Positions 1 to 12,956 of a stretch of 64,000 bases of DNA are shown here, piece by piece. The notes beneath the pieces were generated by a model. That model did no database searches, was not told the DNA's origin, and was given only the letters and a program-made list of their open reading frames with translations. Positions within the stretch are counted from its first letter, which is position 1, and every line of letters begins with the position of its first letter. The stretch spans positions 55,864,001 to 55,928,000 of the forward strand of contig CM059438.1 in NCBI GenBank assembly GCA_030390025.1, in the 5' to 3' direction. The DNA is from Squalus acanthias (lineage: Eukaryota). The position numbers were made by a program, and so were the translations under genes.

Positions 1-349
1 GACTGAGGTCTACACCAGGAGGTAAGTGGCAGCCTGATTGGAGAGCGAGGAGGCCCTTTTAACCCATTGGGGAAACTGTCATTTCCCGGGGCCTGCTGCC
101 AACCTTCCAGGCGGCGGCCCTAGCAAATGGCAATAACTGGGGCATCAGGAGGAAGGCCCAGGCCCTACTGCCCTTCCACTATGTGGTGAGTGTGGAAGGG
201 GCAGCCAGGGGCAGGGCCAAGGGTCAGGGGCAAGGGTCAGAGGGCCAGGATAAAAGCAGCTCTAACTTAGTAGCTAAACAGCACCAGCGCATCATGTACA
301 TTGGAGACCTCCCATAGACTGGCATCAAGAGTAGACCCTCTGCACCCTC

Positions 350-1508
350 AAGGTCACGGCAGCTTGCTCATTGCTGAAATACAGGAAATTTACCGAGCAA
401 TATTATTATGGGATTAGTTTTACAATTTAATGCTCCCACGCAGAACTTGGCACATCGAGAAATCAACTGCTGATCCACGGCCTGTACAATCTTCACTCCA
501 TTGATTATAATGGACAGAAAATCACGCAGGCTGCGAATCAGACTCCATCCTGCTTTCCTGATGTGTACTCCCGTTGGAAGCGCCGAATCATATTTACCCC
601 ACGTAACTGACTCCAGGGCCTCGATATTAACGCCCCCACAACGGGCTGTCAATTTGGCCAGCTGCCGGGCGGGAAACGGGACTAAAAATGGTCATGAGGT
701 CCTGCCATTAGTTTGAAAAGGACCTCCGTGTCCTTGGCCTTGTCGGTTTCTTTGGCCGTTTCCGGCCTCCCCACGCCCTGCCTGCCTCGCCGTAAATATC
801 AGGGCCTGGGTAAAATATTACACAGCTGACTGAGACTGAAAGGTAGAGTGAGATCCTTCCAGGCCGTGACGGGAGACGTAGTGAGGGTCTCACAGTCGGC
901 TGCACATAATGCGTAAGGCATGTGATGGACAGATTGGTTACCAGGGCTGGGAGGTGTATAAGCTTATCTTGTGAGGACAGTAGCCAGAATGATCGAGCAT
1001 TGGGATTCACGTCTCTGGCTGGCTTCCCACAGGTGCAGGGTGCCATCGACTGCATACACGTGGCAATCCGAGTACTCCCAGATCAACCAGGAGCATTTGT
1101 CAACCGCAAGGGATTTCATTCAATTAATGCTCAGCTGGTGTGCAACCACAAAAAAAGGTTCATTCAGGTCTGCGCCAGATTCCCTGGTAGCTGCCATGAT
1201 GCTCTCATACTGCGGCAGTCCAACATCTCCGACATGTTCAGACCTGGAACCAACCTTAAATGGTGGCTGACAAAAGATAACCCCTTCAAACCTGGCTGAT
1301 GCTACCTCTGAGGAACCCCACCAATGAACACCAGGAGCGGTACAACATGAGCCATATGACAACTAGATGTGTCATCGAGCAAGCCATCGCCATGTTTAAG
1401 TTACGCTTCAGGTACCTGGACAGATCCAGAAGCTGCCTTCAATACTCACCAGCAAGGGTCTCCAGGATAATCATGGTGTGCTGCATTCTAAGCAACATAG
1501 CGCAGTAG
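350..1508 (+). pseudogene. Harbinger transposase (HARBI1-like, DDE_Tnp_4) pseudogene
   Basis: Motifs KVTAA (350-364), SFQAVTGD..VSQSAAH (854-), GFPQVQGAIDCIHVAI, FVNRKGFHSINAQLVC, ARFPGSCHDALIL, YNMSHMTTRCVIEQAIAMFKLRFRYLD. Frameshifts near 910 and near 1270, the latter destroying the expected LGDKGY motif. About 490 bp of unrelated sequence interrupts it at 365-850. Confidence 0.85.
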
Positions 1509-1875
1509 CGAGGTCTAAAGGTTCAGGAGGAACAAGCTCCTCAGCACTCCAATGGCAAGGAGGAGGAAGATGGGGCACCCAACACCAGACCAGTCAATCA
1601 CATTGTTGCTCGAGGTGCCAGGGATTCCCTCATAGCTCGAAGGTTCAGTTAGTTACTCATACTGGACCAAAGTCACTATAACATCCCCTGCCCCCTCCGT
1701 CCACCCCACTTACACAAGCAGTCCTATTACACATTCATCCACTCGTTGCACATGCACCAATTGGTCTTGGTTAATTCCACATATCTTTACATTCAGCACC
1801 AAACAAATGAAAAGCAGAGTTGGCACTTGCCATTTAAGAATGGGGAACACGGGAAAGTGATGCAAAGTAATACAT

Positions 1876-3412
1876 TTAATGTGACTTAATAATAACAGCT
1901 TGGAAGAGATCAGTGATGCCTTGGAAACCGACATCTAATCTGTCTGTCATCCTGTGTAAGGCAGTAGACATGTTGGTGTTCAGAGTTTGCAAGGCCTCCG
2001 TCTGTGCCTGCATGGACTCATTAGTGCACTGTAATTTAAGTTGCACAGAGGAGGGCAGTCTCTTAGTGGAAGATTCTATCTTCCCAAGGGTCTGCAACAT
2101 CACTCCACAAATGTTTGAGCTGAACTCTTCCATCCTCTGGTACATTGTGGTTAGTGTGCCTGGCAGGACTGCCAGTACTTCGCACAGTTGCTGCTGACCG
2201 TCTATCATTCTCGTTTTCATTGATGTGCCCCCCAGGGTCAGCATTTCTGTCCAGCTGAGCAGAGCTTGGAGAGGACTCCGCCCTCCGACAAGGACTCTCC
2301 ACAGCTGTCCCTACCACCACTCTCTACTCATGCTCACTTGTGAAGTGTGATTCACCTGGTGAGATCCCACCTAACACTTTAAGAGGACCCACCGAAGTGT
2401 TTGTATCTGTGCTGGTGCCTGGCACACGTGTCCTTTGATGGTGCACCCTCAGCAGGAATGAGCTCCACCGAGGAATCTTCATCATCAAAGGGCAGGGCTG
2501 CTATTCTTCGCGTGACGGCCCTGGAGGAGAGGAGACAATTAGTCATGGAACTTTACAAATGTTGAAATGCACATAATTTAAGTGATCGTATTTCATTAAG
2601 TGCTGAAGTCAAGTCAGGATGAAATTGTCTTGTAGGAGATGTGGGTCTGAGAGATTAATTCTGTCACGCTGCAGCAACGCACTACCAGTGTCGCCATCTT
2701 CAATGCTGAGGGAGGCAGAGATATTGCTTATCTCCAACGCCTCCTCTTCTGCTGTAGTGAGCTCCATGATCTATGGGGGTCTGCCTCTGGCTCTCGCCCA
2801 CTCCCTGGTATTCTGTGCTCTCTTCTGCAAGGGTGGTACGACAGACCTATGAGTGGCTGTAAGGCATATGTGCATCCAATGGATGCAGTGCATTCGGTGA
2901 GGGTGACAATCGGGCAGATGCATCACGAGTGGTACTGGCTTGCATTTGAGGAACGTGTTGACAGTGACATTTGACGACGTGTGCTGAGAATCGGGAGTGA
3001 GGTGGTATCAGATTAGATGAGGATTGGGGTGACTGGCAGAGGTGGAGGGAGGAAGGTGGAGGTAAGGATGTGAGGATGAGAGGATGTGTATGTAAACAGA
3101 ATGACAGGTGTTGATGAAAATGCTGTGGCTGGAGTAGGATTGACAAGACAAAATGAGAGGGAGTGCACTGCAGGATGTTGGTGCATATGGATGTTTGCTG
3201 ACTTTTCCAGACCTGGTCAGGCCATTGAAGCCTTTGGGGAACTGTACTGACCTCCTTTGCCACCTCCGGCCAGGCATTTTTTGTGGTGGCAGCAGGTCTT
3301 TTCCTTCCCGCTGCTGGGAAACCGCACCTCCCTGTTGGCCCTTACTGCACCCAGTGAAACATCCAGGGACGCGTCTGTCAACCTGGGGCAGCTTCCCTCT
3401 CCTTGCAGCCAT
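1876..3412 (-). pseudogene. Harbinger Myb/SANT-like DNA-binding protein gene, three exons (~3412-3203, 2824-2668, 2520-1876), decayed
   Basis: Exon 1 ends LTRSGK|gtcagc. Exon 2 starts ttgcag|KRAQNTREWARARGRPP. Exon 3 starts ctcctccag| and has DDEDSSVELIPAEGAPS...TSTDTNTSVGP, then a coiled-coil-like region. Co-linear with the second copy at 9461-14026. Contains stops and frameshifts. Confidence 0.75.
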
Positions 3413-3721
3413 CTCGCATTTCTTCTTATTCTACAATTTCAAATACCCTCCAAACCTTCTCCTCTGTCTCAGTGCTGCGCTTGCGCCTATAGAAAGTCCA
3501 CGGGAAATCACACCATGCAGATCCGCATTGCGCCTGATCGCTCGCAGTGGAGCCGCCAAACTCGGCCAGGTCTCCCCCTCCCGCGATGTTGCGCATTCGC
3601 CGCACGCTAGCGCCCCACCTTGCTCTGATCCCACCTCCGGGTTAATGTCGGGGCCTATATATCTGCCTCACTCTCATTCTCTCTCCGTTATGTGTCTCTC
3701 TCTATATCTTTGTCTCTCCCT

Positions 3722-6700
3722 CGCTCGAATTTTAACTCCCAAAAACGAGTGGGTTTGGCTCAGGTGGGAGGTTGAAAAACTGAAAATCCGAAACAGGAAT
3801 CTAACCCACCTCGAACCCGCCCACTTCCGGTTTTAACGGAGGTGGGATGAGGGGAGAGTGACCAATCCGCTTGCGGGAGGCGAGTTGGTCATCTAAATAT
3901 GATAATGAGGCTGCGTGTCATCATTTTAACAGTCATTCTACTTTTAACCACAGTCGGCCGGGCTTCCCAGGCCTCGGGAAACCCGACAGGTGAAAGGAGG
4001 CGAGACGGGCTGTATCCATGAGGAAAGGGCCTTCACAGCACTACTCGTGGGCCAAGAGGAGCAGGAGTGTTTCCTCCCGGCCCAACAAGCTTTCCAGTAA
4101 ACCCTCCCCCATCCCACGATCTGTCTGCTCTTCACTCCCCCCCACCGATCAGACCCCCCCGACCATCATCTGCCCCCCCCCGTCCCTGGCTGACCACCCT
4201 CCCCTCTACCATCTCTCCCCCCCCCCGACCACCCACCCCTCTACCATCTCTCCCCCCCCGACCACCCTCCCCTCTACCATCTCCCCCCCCGACCACCCTC
4301 CCCTCTACCATCTCCCACCCCCGACCACCCTCCCCTCTACCATCTCTCCCCCCCCGACCACCCTCCCCTCTACCATCTCCCCCCCCGACCACCCTCCCCT
4401 CTACCATCTCCCTCCCCCGACCACCCTCCCCTCTACCATCTCCCTCCCCGACCACCCTCCCCTCTACCATCTCACCCCCCCAACCACCCTCCCCTCTACC
4501 ATCTCCCCCCCCCCGACCACCCTCCCCTCTACCATCTCTCCCCCCCCGACCACCCTCCCCTCTACCATCTCTCCCCCCCCGACCACCCTCCCCTCTACCA
4601 TCTCTCCCCCCCCGACCACCCTCCCCTCTACCATCTCACCCCCCCAACCACCCTCCCCTCTACCATCTCTCCCCCCCGACCACCCTCCCCTCTACCATCT
4701 CTCCCCCCGACCACCCTCCCCTCTACCATCTCCCCCCCGACCACCCTCCCCCTACCATCCCCCCCCCCGACCACCCTCCCCTCTACCATCTCTCCCCCCG
4801 ACCACCCTCCCCTCTACCATCTCTCCCCCCCCGACCACCCTCCCCTCTACCATCTCTCCCCCCCCGACCACCCTCCCCTCTACCATCTCCCCCCGACCAC
4901 CCTCCCCCCTATATCTCTCCCCCCCCGACCACCCTCCCCTCTACCATCTCCCCCCCCCGACCACCCTCCCCTCTACCATCTCTTCCCCCCCGACCACCCT
5001 CCCCTCTACCATCTCTCCCCCCCCAGACCACCCTCCCCTCTACCATCCCCCCCCGACCACCCTCCCCTCTACCATCTCCTCCCCCGACCACCCTCCCCTC
5101 TACCATCTCTCCACCCCCCGACCACCCTCCCCTCTACCATCTCCCCCCCGACCACCCTCCCCTCTACCATCTCCCCCCCGACCACCCTCCCCTCTACCAT
5201 CCCTCCCCGACCACCCTCCCCTCTACCATCTCCCCCCCCGACCACCCTCCCCTCTACCATCTCCCCCCCCGACCACCCTCCCCTCTACCATCTCTCCCCC
5301 CCCGACCACCCTCCCCTCTACCATCTCCCCCCCCGACCACCCTCCCCTCTACCATCTCCCCCCCCCGACCACCCTCCCCTCTACCATCTCCTCCCCCGAC
5401 CACCCTCCCCTCTACCATCTCTCCCCCCCGACCACCCTCCCCTCTACCATCTCTCCCCCCCCGACCACCCTCCCCTCTACCATCCCCCCCCGACCACCCT
5501 CCCCTCTACCATCTCTCCCCCCCCGACCACCCTCCCCTCTACCATCTCTCCCCCCCGACCACCCTCCCCTCTACCATCTCCCCCCCCGACCACCCTCCCC
5601 TCTACCATCTCTCCCCCCCCGACCACCCTCCCCTCTACCATCTCCCCCCCGACCACCCTCCCCTCTACCATCTCCCCCCCCCAACCACCCTCCCCTCTAC
5701 CATCTCTCTCACCCCCGACCAGCCTCCCCTCTACCATCTCCCCCCCGACCACCCTCCCCTCTACCATCTCCCCCCCCAACCACCCTCCCCTCTACCATCT
5801 GCCCCCCCCCGACCACCCTCCCCTCTACCATCTGCGCCCCCCCCGACCACCCTCCCCTCTACCATCTCTCCCCCCCCGACCACCCTCCCCTCTACCATCT
5901 CCCCCCCCCGCCGACCACCCTCCCCTCTACCATCCCCCCCCGACCACCCTCCCCTCTACCATCTCTCCCCCCCCCGACCACCCTCCCCTCTACCATCTCC
6001 CCCCCCCAACCACCCTCCCCTCTACCATCTGCCCCCCCCCGACCACCCTCCCCTCTACCATCTGCGCCCCCCCCGACCACCCTCCCCTCTACCATCTCTC
6101 CCCCCCCGACCACCCTCCCCTCTACCATCTCCCCCCCCCCCCGACCACCCTCCCCTCTACCATCTCTCCCCCCCCCGACCACCCTCCCCTCTACCATCTC
6201 CCCCCCCCGACCACCCTCCCCTCTACCATCTCCCCCCCGACCACCCTCCCCTCTACCATCCCCCCCCGACCACCCTCCCCTCTACCATCTCCCCCCCGAC
6301 CACCCTCCCCTCTACCATCCCCCCCCGACCACCCTTCTCCTCTACCATCTCTCCCCCCCCGACCACCCTCCCCTCTACCATCTCCCCCCCCCGACCACCC
6401 TCCCCTCTACCATCTCCCCCCCCCGACCACCCTCCCCTCTACCATCTCCTCCCCCGACCACCCTCCCCTCTACCATCTCCCCCCCGACCACCCTCCCCTC
6501 TACCATCTCTCCCCCCCCGACCACCCTCCCCTCTACCATCCCCCCCCGACCACCCTCCCCTCTACCATCTCTCCCCCCCCGACCACCCTCCCCTCTACCA
6601 TCTCCCCCCCCCGACCACCCTTCCCTCTACCATCTCTCCCCCCCCGACCACCCTCCCCTCTACCATCTCCCCCTCGACCACCCTCCCCTCTACCATCTCC

Positions 6701-8734
6701 CCCCCCCAACCACCCTCCCCTCTACCATCTCTCTCACCCCCGACCACCCTCCCCTCTACCATCTCCCCCCCGACCACCCTCCCCTCTACCATCTCCCCCC
6801 CCAACCACCCTCCCCTCTACCATCTGCCCCCCCCCGACCACCCTCCCCTCTACCATCTGCGCCCCCCCCGACCACCCTCCCCTCTACCATCTCTCCCCCC
6901 CCGACCACCCTCCCCTCTACCATCTCCCCCCCCCGCCGACCACCCTCCCCTCTACCATCCCCCCCCGACCACCCTCCCCTCTACCATCTCTCCCCCCCCC
7001 GACCACCCTCCCCTCTACCATCTCCCCCCCCCGACCACCCTCCCCTCTACCATCTCCCCCCCGACCACCCTCCCCTCTACCATCCCCCCCCGACCACCCT
7101 CCCCTCTACCATCTCCCCCCCGACCACCCTCCCCTCTACCATCCCCCCCCGACCACCCTTCTCCTCTACCATCTCTCCCCCCCCGACCACCCTCCCCTCT
7201 ACCATCCCCCCCCGACCACCCTCCCCTCTACCATCTCCCCCCCGACCACCCTCCCCTCTACCATCCCCCCCCGACCACCCTCCCCTCTACCATCTCCCCC
7301 CCCCCGACCACCCTCCCCTCTACCATCTCCCCCCCCCGACCACCCTCCCCTCTACCATCTCCCCCCCCCGACCACCCTCCCCTCTACCATCTCCCCCCCC
7401 GACCACCCTCCCCTCTACCATCTCCCCCCCGACCACCCTCCCCTCTACCATCTCCCCCCCCGACCACCCTCCCCTCTACCATCCCTCCCCCCGACCACCC
7501 TCCCCTCTACCATCCCCCCCCCGACCACCCTCCCCTCCACCATCTGCGCCCCCCCCGACCACCCTCCCCTCTACCATCCCCCCCGACCACCCTCCCCTCT
7601 ACCATCTCCCCCCCGACCACCCTCCCCTCTACCATCTCTCCCCCCCGACCACCCTCCCCTCTACCATCTCTCCCCGACCACCCTCCCCTCTACCATCTCT
7701 CTCCCCCCAACCACCCTCCCCTCTACCATCTCTCCCCGACCACCCTCCCCTCTACCATCTCTCCCCGACCACCCTCCCCTCTACCATCTCTCTCCCCCCA
7801 ACCACCCTCCCCTCTACCATCTCCCCCCCCCGACCACCCTCCCCTCTACCATCCCCCCCCGACCACCCTCCCCTCTACCATCCCCCCCCGACCACCCTCC
7901 CCTCTACCATCTCCCCCCCGACCACCCTCCCCTCTACCATCTCCCCCCCGACCAGCCTCCCCTCTACCATTTCCCCCCCGACCACCCTCCCCTCTACCAT
8001 CCCCCCCCGACCACCCTCCCCTCTACCATCTCCCCCCCGACCACCCTCCCCTCTACCATCTCCCCCCCGACCAGCCTCCCCTCTACCATTTCCCCCCCGA
8101 CCACCCTCCCCTCTACCATCTGCGCCCCCCCCGACCACCCTCCCCTCTACCATCTCTCCCCCCCCGACCACCCTCCCCTCTACCATCTCCCCCCCCCCGA
8201 CCACCCTCCCCTCTACCATCTCCCCCCCCGACCACCCTCCCCTCTACCATCTCCCCCCCCGACCACCCTCCCCTCTACCATCCCCCCCCGACCACCCTCC
8301 CCTCTACCATCTCCCCCCCCGACCACCCTCCCCTCTACCATCTCCCCCCCCCGACCACCCTCCCCTCTACCATCTCCCCCCCGACCAGCCTCCCCTCTAC
8401 CATCTCCCCCCCGACCAGCCTCCCCTCTACCATCCCCCCCCGACCACCCTTCTCCTCTACCATCCCCCCCCGACCACCCTCCCCTCTACTATCTCTCTCC
8501 CCCCCGCCCCCACTAGACCTACCTGCTCTCAGCTTGGCTGTGGCCCTGTGTCACAGGCTTTCCTGCCCAACAGGCAGCCAACCTGTCAATCACCTGTCAA
8601 TCAGGCTGGCTGTGGACAGGAAACCTACAGAAAATAATTTAAAGACGTCCGTTTGGGTAACCCGTACTTCTGGGTTTCCCGTTCCTAACTTCACTCCACC
8701 GCGCCGATCGCACCCCAAAGATAAGATTGGGGCC
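3722..8734. mobile_element. Probable non-autonomous Harbinger-like (MITE-type) element whose interior has expanded into a minisatellite
   Basis: Left end cgctcgaattttaact vs reverse complement of right end ggccccaatcttatct match 11/16. GC-rich non-coding arms at 3722-4190 and 8505-8734. CT-rich sequence on both flanks. Confidence 0.45.
4191..8505. repeat. C-rich minisatellite, ~30-35 bp unit CCGACCACCCTCCCCTCTACCATCTC(C)n
   Basis: Direct tandem repetition; variation mainly in the length of the C run, with tct/tgcg variants. Confidence 0.98.
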
Positions 8735-10061
8735 TCTCTTTCTGTTTATCTCTCTCTGTCTCAAAGTTATCAGTAAAACAAAACACAAAATATTTGGATG
8801 ATAATTGGAGGCTTTGTTTTTTTCAAAGTTCATTTGTGAGTTTGTTTAATTAAATTTAAATTAGGATGAGGGAAGACGCTCACTGTCTCTCTCTACTTAA
8901 TGTGCTTTCTGAAGTTTGTAGACTATTTATAACTTGAAACAGATGTGTAACTGATACAGTCTGAGGTTTTCTCTCACACACATGCTGCTCTGCTTTAAAA
9001 ATAAACACTCAATATAAATTTTGCCTGAATAAAGCTTTCGAAATTCGTCCTCTAGATTTCCTTCAAATAATTTTGCAAAACAACCGAATAGATTTTGTTT
9101 CTATCTGTTGACTAAATGCTAGTGATGCAATCTGGGAGATGCTGAGGCCTTCAAGTGAAAAGTTCGGAAGGCAGAAAAACAATTCAGTGGCCGGAATCGG
9201 GTCCAGTGCGGGCGGCGGCCATGGCGGGTCGCGACCCCGCTACTCACTCCATCCCGCTGCTGAAAACCAACTTCTGATAATAGGGCCGACTAACCCGCCC
9301 AGAGTGATACCCGGACCAATTAAATGGAGTGGGTCTGGTGACGTCATCCATGACGCGTTTTCAGCCAGGATCTTTAAAGGGGCCATGGCCACATTAGATT
9401 TGAAGGTTAATGTAACATAGTGCTGTCAGTGTACTACAGCATTGGAGTGCTGCAAACACTTTGACAATGACCGCACAGAGGCAGAGGGCTGCACCCAGGT
9501 TCTCCGATGTCACCCTTATGGAGGGAATCAGAGCACACAGGGAGGTCCTCTTCCCTTCCAATGGGTGGAAGAGACCTCCCCAGGAGACCGAAACAGCCTG
9601 GTTGGACATTGCAGAGCTCACCAGCAGGGATGTGGTCAGGAGGACCTGGGTGCAGTTCCGCAAACGTTTCAATGATCTCATTAGATCAGGAAATGTGAGT
9701 ACAAAACCACACTCACCTTCATCCTGCTGTGCCTCTCATCACATCCCCATCACTCTGCCTTCCCAACCATACCCCTGCACATCCTCACTCACACCAACAT
9801 ACCTTGCACGCTCACCCATCCCTCTCTCTCTATCTACACTATCACATCCCCATCTGACTAACCACCCCTCACACTCACCCTCATCCTAGTGCAATCATAC
9901 CAACTAACAACACACAAGGAGGCCACTTGGCTTTGGCACCCCACTCCATCATACTCACCCTCTAAAGATCTAACCCATCCATTCATAGAACATAGAACAG
10001 TACAGCACAGTACAGGCCCTTCGGCCCTCGATGTTGTGCCGAGCATTGTCCGAGACCAAGA

Positions 10062-12956
10062 TCAAGCTATCACACTCCCTATCACTCTGGTGTGCTCCAT
10101 GTGCTTATCCAATAACCGCTTGAAAGTTCCTAAAGTGTCCGACTCCACTATCACAGCAGGCAGTCCATTCCACACCCCAACCACTCTCTGAGTAAAGAAT
10201 CTACCTCGGACATCCCTTCTATATCTCCCCCCATGCACCTTATAGTTATGCCCCCTTGTAACAGCTGCCTCTACCCGAGGAAATAGTCTCTGAACATCCA
10301 CTCTATCTATCCTCCTCATCATCTTATAAACCTCTATTAAGTCGCCTCTCATCCTCCTCCGCTCTAAAGAGAAAAGCCCCAACTCCCTCAATCTTTCCTC
10401 ATAAGACCTCCCCCCCAAACCAGGCAGCATCCTGGTAAATCTCCTTTGCACTCTTTCCAATGCTTCCACGTCCTTCCTATAGTGAGGTGACCAGAACTGC
10501 ACACAATATTCCAAATGTGGTCTCACCAAGGTCCTGTACAGTTGCAGCATAACCTCACGGTTCTTAAACTCAAACCCTCTGTTAATAAACGCCAACACAC
10601 CATAGGCCTTCTTTACTGCTCTATCCACTTGAGTGGCAACCTTCAGAGATCTGTGGATATGAACCCCCAGATCCCTCTGCTCCTCCACGTTCCTCAGAAC
10701 CCTGCCGTTGACCCTGTAATCCTTATTCAAATTTGCCCTACCAAAATGAATCACCTCGCACTTATCAGGGTTAAATTCCATCTGCCATTTTTCGGCCCAG
10801 CTCTGCATCCTATCAATGTCTCTTTGCAGCCTACAACTGCCCTCCACCTCATCCACTACTCCACCAATCTTGGTGTCATCAGCAAATTTACTGATCCACC
10901 CTTCAGTCCCCTCCTCCAAGTCATTGATAAAAATCACAAACAGCAGAGGACCCAGCACCGACCCCTGTGGCACACCGCTGGTAACTGGTCTCCAGTCCGA
11001 AAATGTTCCATCCACCACCACCCTCTGCCTTCTATGAGATAGCCAGTTACTTATCCAATCGGCCAAATTTCCCTCTATCCCACAACTCCTTACTTTCTTC
11101 ATGAGACGACCATGGGGAACCTTATCAAACGCCTTACTAAAATCCATGTATACGACATCAACTGCTCTACCTTCATCTACACACTTAGTTACCTCCTCAA
11201 AGAATTCAATCAAATTTGTTAGGCAAGACTTACCCTTCATGAATCCGTGTTGACTATCCCTGATTAAGTTGCCCCTTTCCAAATGGTCATAAATCCTATC
11301 CCTCAGGACCTTTTCCATTATCTTACCAACCACCGAAGTAAGACTAACCGGCCTATAATTACCAGGGTCATTCCTATTTCCTTTCTTGAAGAGAGGAACA
11401 ACATTCGCCACTCTCCAGTCCTCTGGCACCATCCCCGTGGACAGTGAGGACCCAAAGATCAAAGCCAGAGGCTCTGCAATCTCCTCCCTTGCCTCCCAAA
11501 GAATCCTAGGATATATCCCATCTGGCCCAGGGGACTTATCGACCCTCAGGTTCTTCAAAATTGCTAAAACATCTTCCCTCAGAACATCTACCACCTCCAG
11601 CCTATCCACCTTTATCACACTCTCATCCTCAAGAACATGGCCCCTCTCCTCGGTGAACACTGACGAAAAGTATTCATTCATCACCTCTCCTATCTCTTCT
11701 GACTCCATGCACAAGTTCCCACTACTGTCCTTGACCGGCCCTACCCTCACCCTGGTCATTCTTTTATTTCTCACATAAGAGTAAAAAGCCTTGGGGTTTT
11801 TCTTGATCCGACCCGCCAAGGACTTCTCATGCCCCCTCCTAGCTCTCCTAAGCTCTTTTTTTAGCTCATTCCTTGCTACCTTGTACCCCTCAATCGACCC
11901 AACTGAACCTTGTTTTCTCATCCTTACATATGCTTCCTTTTTCCTCTTGACTAGACATTCAACCTCTTTTGTGAACCATGGTTCTCTCACTCGGCCATTT
12001 CCTCCCTGCCTGACAGGGACATACCTATCAAGGACACGCAGTAATTGCTCCATGAAAAAGCTCCACTTTTCGTTTGTGCCTTTCCCTGATAGTTTCTGTT
12101 CCCATCTTATACTCCCTAATTCTTGCCTAATCGCATCATAATTACCCCTCCCCCAATTATAAACCCTGCCCTGCCGTATGGCCATATCCCTCTCCATTGC
12201 AATAGTGAAAGTTACCGAATTGTGGTCACTATCTCCCACATACAAATCAAACACTTGGCCCGGTTCATTACCCAGTACCAAATCCAACGTGGCCCCACCT
12301 CTTGTCGGCCTATCCACATATTGTGTCAGGAAACCCTCCTGCACACACTGTGCAAAAACTATCCCATCCGAACTGTTTGACCTATAAAGGTTCCAATCAA
12401 TATTTGGAAAGTTGAAGTCACCCATGACAACTACTCTGTGACCTCCACACCTATTCATAATTTGCTTTGCAATTTCTTCCTCCACATCTTTATTACTATT
12501 TGGGGGCCTGTAGAAAACTCCTAACAACGTGACCGCTCCTTTCCTATTTCTAACTTCAGCCCATATTACCTCAGACGGCAGATCCCTCTCGAACTGCCTT
12601 TCTGCCGCTGTTAAACTATCCTTGATTAACAATGCTACTCCTCCACCTTTCTTACCAACTTCCCTACTCTTACTGAAACATCTATACCCCAGAACTTCCA
12701 ACAACCATTCCTGTCCCTGTTCTAACCATGTCTCCGTAATGGCCACCACATCGTAGTCCCAAGTACCAATCCACGCTCCAAGTTCTCCTACCTTATTCCG
12801 GATGCTCCTTGCATTGAAGTAGACACACTTCAAGCCATCTTCCTGTCTGCCGGTACATTCCTGCGACCTTGATACCCTCCTCAGTACCTCCCTACACTCA
12901 CCACTGGCTCGTGGACTACAGCCCTTTTTCCCATCCCCCTGACAAATTAGTTTAAA
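10062..12956 (-). CDS. CR1 LINE ORF2: apurinic-like endonuclease + reverse transcriptase
   Basis: EN motifs YFNARS, AITETWL, YRPP, MGDFN, LDLVL, SDH. RT motifs NYRPVSLTS, YMDFSKAFDKVPH, GVPQGSVLGPLLF, KFADDTK. C-terminal RPHLEYCVQFWSP and RGHNYK. No internal stop. Start uncertain: the track's start at 13067 is TTG and the first ATG is at 12458. Confidence 0.93.
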   Translation of the reverse strand, partial: FKLICQGDGKKGCSPRASGECREVLRRVSRSQECTGRQEDGLKCVYFNARSIRNKVGELGAWIGTWDYDVVAITETWLEQGQEWLLEVLGYRCFSKSREVGKKGGGVALLIKDSLTAAERQFERDLPSEVIWAEVRNRKGAVTLLGVFYRPPNSNKDVEEEIAKQIMNRCGGHRVVVMGDFNFPNIDWNLYRSNSSDGIVFAQCVQEGFLTQYVDRPTRGGATLDLVLGNEPGQVFDLYVGDSDHNSVTFTIAMERDMAIRQGRVYNWGRGNYDAIRQELGSIRWEQKLSGKGTNEKWSFFMEQLLRVLDRYVPVRQGGNGRVREPWFTKEVECLVKRKKEAYVRMRKQGSVGSIEGYKVARNELKKELRRARRGHEKSLAGRIKKNPKAFYSYVRNKRMTRVRVGPVKDSSGNLCMESEEIGEVMNEYFSSVFTEERGHVLEDESVIKVDRLEVVDVLREDVLAILKNLRVDKSPGPDGIYPRILWEAREEIAEPLALIFGSSLSTGMVPEDWRVANVVPLFKKGNRNDPGNYRPVSLTSVVGKIMEKVLRDRIYDHLERGNLIRDSQHGFMKGKSCLTNLIEFFEEVTKCVDEGRAVDVVYMDFSKAFDKVPHGRLMKKVRSCGIEGNLADWISNWLSHRRQRVVVDGTFSDWRPVTSGVPQGSVLGPLLFVIFINDLEEGTEGWISKFADDTKIGGVVDEVEGSCRLQRDIDRMQSWAEKWQMEFNPDKCEVIHFGRANLNKDYRVNGRVLRNVEEQRDLGVHIHRSLKVATQVDRAVKKAYGVLAFINRGFEFKNREVMLQLYRTLVRPHLEYCVQFWSPHYRKDVEALERVQRRFTRMLPGLGGRSYEERLRELGLFSLERRRMRGDLIEVYKMMRRIDRVDVQRLFPRVEAAVTRGHNYKVHGGRYRRDVRGRFFTQRVVGVWNGLPAVIVESDTLGTFKRLLDKHMEHTRVIGSVIA

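Larger units (their letters stand above)
1..3655. mobile_element. Decayed PIF/Harbinger DNA transposon (left end outside window): transposase on +, Myb/SANT gene on -, convergent
   Basis: HARBI1-like DDE transposase remnants at 350-1508 (+) face a spliced Myb/SANT-like gene at 1876-3412 (-), the typical two-gene Harbinger layout. GC-rich subterminal region ends in ...aatgtcggggcc (3655), a Harbinger-like terminus. Confidence 0.8.

Noticed and set aside
922..1508. Domesticated host HARBI1 gene
   Set aside because: Frameshifted, the middle catalytic motif is damaged, and it is paired with a Myb gene inside a transposon.
4018..8776. 1539/1569-aa proline-rich, extensin- or mucin-like ORFs
   Set aside because: C-rich minisatellite open in several frames, with frame-shifting C-run variation.
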